Below, piece by piece: positions 59,450 to 64,000 of a stretch of 64,000 bases of DNA. Under the pieces are notes generated by a model that made no database searches, was not told where the DNA came from, and worked only from the letters and a program-made list of their open reading frames with translations. The DNA is taken from contig NC_058369.1 of the NCBI RefSeq assembly GCF_018350175.1, positions 3,536,001 to 3,600,000 of the forward strand. The letters run 5' to 3'. Position 1 is the first letter of the stretch. Every line of letters begins with the position of its first letter. The DNA is from Felis catus. Lineage: Eukaryota. The translations under genes and the position numbers were made by a program.

Positions 59450-62400
59450 TTTTTTTTTTTTTTTAATGTTTTTATTTATTTTTGAAGGGGAGAGAGAGAG
59501 AGAGACAGAGCATGAGCGGGGGAGGAGCAGAGAGAGAGGGAGACACAGAATCGGAAGCAGGCTCCAGGCTCTGAGCTGTCAGCACAGAGCCCGATGCGGG
59601 GCTCGAACCCACAAACTTTGAGATCATGCCCTGAGCCGAAGCCGGACGCTCAACCGACCGAGCCACCCAGGCGCCCCAACCTTGTTCTTTTTAAGTGTGT
59701 TATGGTCTCACTAAGCGTGACTGTAGTACAACTTACTGAGTCCCCAGGCATTGGACAGGCAGTTTGTTTCCACTATTCCCGAAAAAAGGCATCGCAACCT
59801 TCTGTGGTGGTGGTCGTAAACCCTAGGCCGGGGCTGCCTTCGCAATGGGTTCAAATCCTTACTCTTACACTTCGTAGCTGTGGGATGGAGCCCAGGATGA
59901 ACTCTCTGAAACGTGCCTCAGTTTCCCCCCCTTGTAACCTGGAGATGCTTCGGGGACTTAGTGGACAGCGTTTCTCTAGGGCAGCTGTGGAGAAGGGGAA
60001 CTTCTGAGACTTCTCCTCAGACGTGGAGAATATACATTTTCATTCTTACTAAATCCTGCACGACTGTTCTCCAAATTAAGGCTCCTGGTTCACACTCCCA
60101 CCGGAAAGGGAAAGGGCTCATTTCCCCCCACCACCACTGCATGTTACTTTCTCTTTCTTAATTTGTGTTGGAGGATAATTCATAGGCCCTAAAGCATGTG
60201 AATCTTAAACGGACAGCTCAGAGGACTTTTGCATGGGTACCCATTTCCTGCAGCCCACACCCAGATCAAGGCGTGTGTCTACACGTCGCTTCCAACCCCT
60301 GGAATGCCCCCAAGCGCCGCGGGCAATCCTCCTCCGATCGCTGTCGCCGTAGTTGAGTTTGTGTTCGAAACGTCACCGAAACGGACTCCGAGTATGGATC
60401 CTTTCGTGTCTGGTTTCTTTTGCTCAACATGGTGACTGTGAGCTTCACCTATGTGAACGCACTCCACCTTAAAAATAAAACAGCCGGTTATTTTATCAGC
60501 AAAATGAGCTTATTCTGAATGGCGGAGGAATTGCAATTTGGGATGGGCAAGACAGGGCAAACCACAGCCCAGGCCGGAGAACCAAGGGGAGGACTGTTGC
60601 TTTCTAGATAAAAAGGAGGAAGCCGGGAGGAGCTGCTTTGAAGCAAAGTCCGCCGCAGGAGAGGTAGCGCTCAGGCAGAGGGTGGTTTCTCATTGGCTGA
60701 TTATGGTGGCTCCTCATTGGCTGAGTTATGGTGATTTCTCATTGGCTGACTTGTGGTGGTTTCTTATTGGCTGAGTTACAGTGGTTTTTCATTGGCTGGG
60801 CTGTTGCTGGTCTGGAGAAAATCTTCCTCCTGCCCGAAGTTTACGTGTGAGAGCTGAGCTCCCCCTTTCGGGGCTTCCTGACTCCATTCTAAATGAGGTT
60901 TCTCTTTATTTTCTTTTTTTCTTTTTCTTTTTTTAAATTTTTAAAAAATGTTTTATTTATTTTTGAGACAGATAGAGAGAGAGAGAGACAGAGCATGAGC
61001 AGGGGAGGGGCAGAGAGAGAGGGAGTCACAGAATCGGAAACAGGCTCCAGGCTCTGAGCTGTCAGCACAGAGCCCGATGTGGGGCTCGAACTCATAAACT
61101 GTGAGATCATGACCTGAGCCGAAGTCAGATGCTCAACCGACTGGGCCACCCAGGTGCCCCTCTTTATTTTCTTTTTTTTAAAATAAGTGTTTCTTGATTT
61201 ATTTTTAATATTTCAATCAATTTATTTTTAATCTTTTAATCAATAATTTAAAGTAACCTCCACACCGAACGTGGGGCTTGAACTCACCGCGCCAAGATCA
61301 AAAGTCACCTTTCTTCACTAACTGAGCCAGCAAGGTGCTCCTTTATTAACTTTCATATTGTGACTATGAGTAATTTATCTTTGTTCTTTGCTGTGTATAA
61401 TATTTCACCCTTTTTTCTATAAAGCAATAGTCCTCCCTTTTTTCTCTGGACTTGACTGTGATTTGTCCTATCTCGCGCATCCCAAAGTGCAATTCCTCCG
61501 CTATTCTGAGTCTCTCCCAATTTATCTGCCTCTTCTCTTTTGGATGTAAACTTGGGTTGTTTCAGTTTGGGGCTATTAAGAATAAAGCAGGGTCACCTGG
61601 GAGGCTCAGTTGGCTTAGCGTCTGACTCCTGCTCTCAGCTCAGGTCATGATCTCACAGTTTGTGAGTTCAGGCCCCAAGTCAGGCTCTGGGCTGACAGCA
61701 TGGAGCCTGCCTGGGATTCTCCCTCTCCCTATCTTCTGCCCCTCCCCCGCTTGCAATCTCAATCTCAATCTCTCTCTCTGTCTCAAAAATAAACATTAAG
61801 AATTTTTTTTTAATGTTTACTTTTGAGAGGGAGAGACAGAGCATGAGCGGGGAAGGGGCGGACAGAGAGGGAGACACAGAATCCGAAGCGGGCTCCAGGC
61901 TCTGAGCTGTCAGCACAGAGCGGAACCAGTGAGATCGTGACCCGAGCTGAAGTCAGACACCCAACCGACTGAGCCACCCGGGCTCCTCAATTAACATTTT
62001 TAAAAAAGAGAATAAAGCAGCCATGAACGTTTGGGGGCCTTTGTGGGGACATGTGGTCACACTGAGCTTAGGTATAAACTCAGGAACAGGAGTGATAGAA
62101 CACAGGGGAGATGCCCCAGATTGCTTTTTATTTTTTTTTTAATTTTTTTTAACATTTTATTTTATTTTTGAGACAGAGAGAGACAGAGCATGAACAGGGG
62201 AGGGGCAGAGAGAGAGGGAGACACAGAATCTGAAACGGGCTCCAGGCTCTGAGCTGTCAGCACAAAGCCCGATGTGGGGCTTGAACTCACGGACCGTGAG
62301 ATCGTGACCTGAGCCGAAGTCGGACGCTTAACCGACTGAGCCACCCAGGCGCCCCAGTTTTTGTTTTTAGAAACGACTTTTTATGTTTATTTTTTGAGAA

Positions 62401-63753
62401 AGAGCACGAGCTGGGGAGGGGCAGAGACAGAGGGAGAACGAGAGAGACCGAGAGAACTCCAAGCAGGCTCCACACCACCAGGGCAGAGCCTGCCGTGGGG
62501 TTCCAACTCATGGGTGGTGAGATCATGACCCGAGCCAAAGTCGAGAGTCGGGTGCTCAACCAACGGAGCCACCCAGGCACCCCACAAATGACTTTAATCT
62601 TTTTTGTTTTTTTTTTAGAGAGCATAAGAGGGGAGGGGGAAGAAGACGGAGACGGAGAGCGAGAGGGGGAGAATCTTAAGGAGGCTGCAGGCTCAGCACG
62701 GAGCCCGATGTCGGTTGATCCCATGACCCTGCATTCGTGACCTGAGCCAAAACAAAAAATTGGACACTCAGCCGACTGAGCCACCCAGGCTTTCTTAAGG
62801 GTTTGTAAACCTTTGTCCAGAGGCCAGAGCCCCCAGGAGAAGGTGACATTGTCCTGCCTTTGCATACAGGGTCGTTTTAGTTCTCTAGTGGGGCTGGAGA
62901 CCCTAAATCCCTCTCCTCACGCCTTCTTGCTTGAGGACAGACGTTGGACCCATCGCTCCAGCACCGATCATTCGCTTCCCCGCCCCCCAAACCTGCCATC
63001 ATCACCCTCTGCTGGAGATGTGCCGACACCCTCAGGCCTAGTCTCGTAAGCGGGACTCAGTGATGTGTAGTTACAGCAGCAAAACACATCGCAGCTCTTA
63101 AGTACTGGGAGAGACGCTTCTAAGCAGTAAGACGTTAACAGGAAGGTCTCAAGCTTGTGCCTGGCAAGCTTCCCCTGTAAAGGGTCAGAGAGTGAATATT
63201 TTAGGCTTTGCGGGCCACAGAGGGTCTCTGTCGCTTATTTTTGTTCGCTTTAAAAATGTAAACTATGCTGGGGTGCCTGGCTGGCTCAGGGGGTAAGGCC
63301 CTGGGGTGCTCTTGGGGTCACGGGTTGGAGCCCCATGTTGGGGGTAGAGCTTGCTTAGGTAATTAAAGAAAAATGTAAACTGTCCTTAGCTCGTGGGCCG
63401 GGCCAGCACACAAGCAAACACCCGGCTCTTTGGATGGTGAGGGCTTGTGCTTGTACTATAATCACTTTGTACGGGGGGCTGCGTGTAGGAAGTATTCATC
63501 ATTAAGTTTGAGAGGCAGGGTTTCTGTTGTATCTAATTTTTTTTTTTTTTTTTTAACATTTATTCATGTTTGAGAGTGAGAGAGAGCATGAGCGGGGGAA
63601 AGGCAGAGAGAGAGGGAGACACAGAATCCGAAACAGGCTCCAGGCTCTGAGCGGTCAGCACAGAGCCCGATGCGGGGCTCGAACTCACGAATCAAGAGAT
63701 CATGACCTGAGCCGAAGTCGGGCGCTCAACCGACTGAGCCACCCAGGCGCCCC
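59450..63753. mobile_element. Dense CAN-SINE region (at least eight copies, mostly -)
   Basis: SINEs at ~59450, 60905, 61590 (+), 61803, 62125, 62380, 62600 and 63540. Confidence 0.85.
60465..60900. mobile_element. Probable ERV-type LTR with a five-copy CCAAT tandem array
   Basis: Interrupts an L1 fragment and contains a 25-bp repeat with ATTGG. Family not identified. Confidence 0.45.
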
Positions 63754-64000
63754 CGTTGTGTCTAATTCTGAATTTGTACTTGCATGTTCTTTTTCTTGTA
63801 TTGCCCCCGAACGTGTTCAACCTTCTTGAAAAATTGAGACACAATCGACATAGAGCACGGTGTCCGTGGTAGGGGTGGAACATAGTGATTCGGTAGGTGT
63901 GTATGTTGCAAAATGAGCACGAGAAGTTAATGTCTGCCAGAGCTACGATTTCTTTCTCGTGATGAGAAGCGTTCAGGTCTACTCTAAAAAAAGTGACAGG

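Noticed and set aside
5821..63753. tRNA-like A/B boxes (TGGCTCAGTCGG, GTTCGAGCCC)
   Set aside because: Internal Pol III promoters of tRNA-derived SINEs, not tRNA genes.
173..63883. Many short ORFs resembling MAQSVKRPTSAQVMIS.../...GRERGRHRIRSRLQAL
   Set aside because: Translations of CAN-SINE copies, not a protein family.
57000..64000. Expected PLIN3 3' exon by synteny
   Set aside because: No perilipin-like coding sequence seen; the region is almost entirely repeats.

Overview
Mammalian (felid) genomic DNA, judged from dense tRNA-derived CAN-SINEs including young feline SINEC_Fc-type copies. It is GC-rich, and the gene order matches human 19p13.3 as I recall it. Genes: pre-miR-7-3 (+, ~11.7 kb) with a probable non-coding host promoter upstream; intronless FEM1A (+, 30745-32710), broken by two 1-nt deletions in poly-C runs that are probably assembly errors; and TICAM1/TRIF (-, single coding exon, CDS 45171-47333, probable non-coding exon 1 and NF-kB promoter at ~56.4-56.6 kb). 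The rest is SINE, L1, L2, MIR, LTR and DNA-transposon relics, two CpG islands with no gene I can assign, and a 1.4-kb polypurine tract. I see no new protein-coding system. The strongest signals are regulatory: (1) four regularly spaced non-canonical REST/RE1 sites, all with an 8-nt spacer, just upstream of miR-7-3; (2) an 8mer miR-7 site in the neighbouring FEM1A 3'UTR; (3) three ancient L2-like copies sharing a near-identical 24-nt CTCF-bearing block around TICAM1, plus L1 copies with apparently shared derived substitutions; (4) a five-fold CCAAT array upstream of TICAM1; (5) an 8-aa tandem expansion inside TRIF. Repeat family names and human comparisons come from memory, not from a search, and repeat boundaries are approximate.
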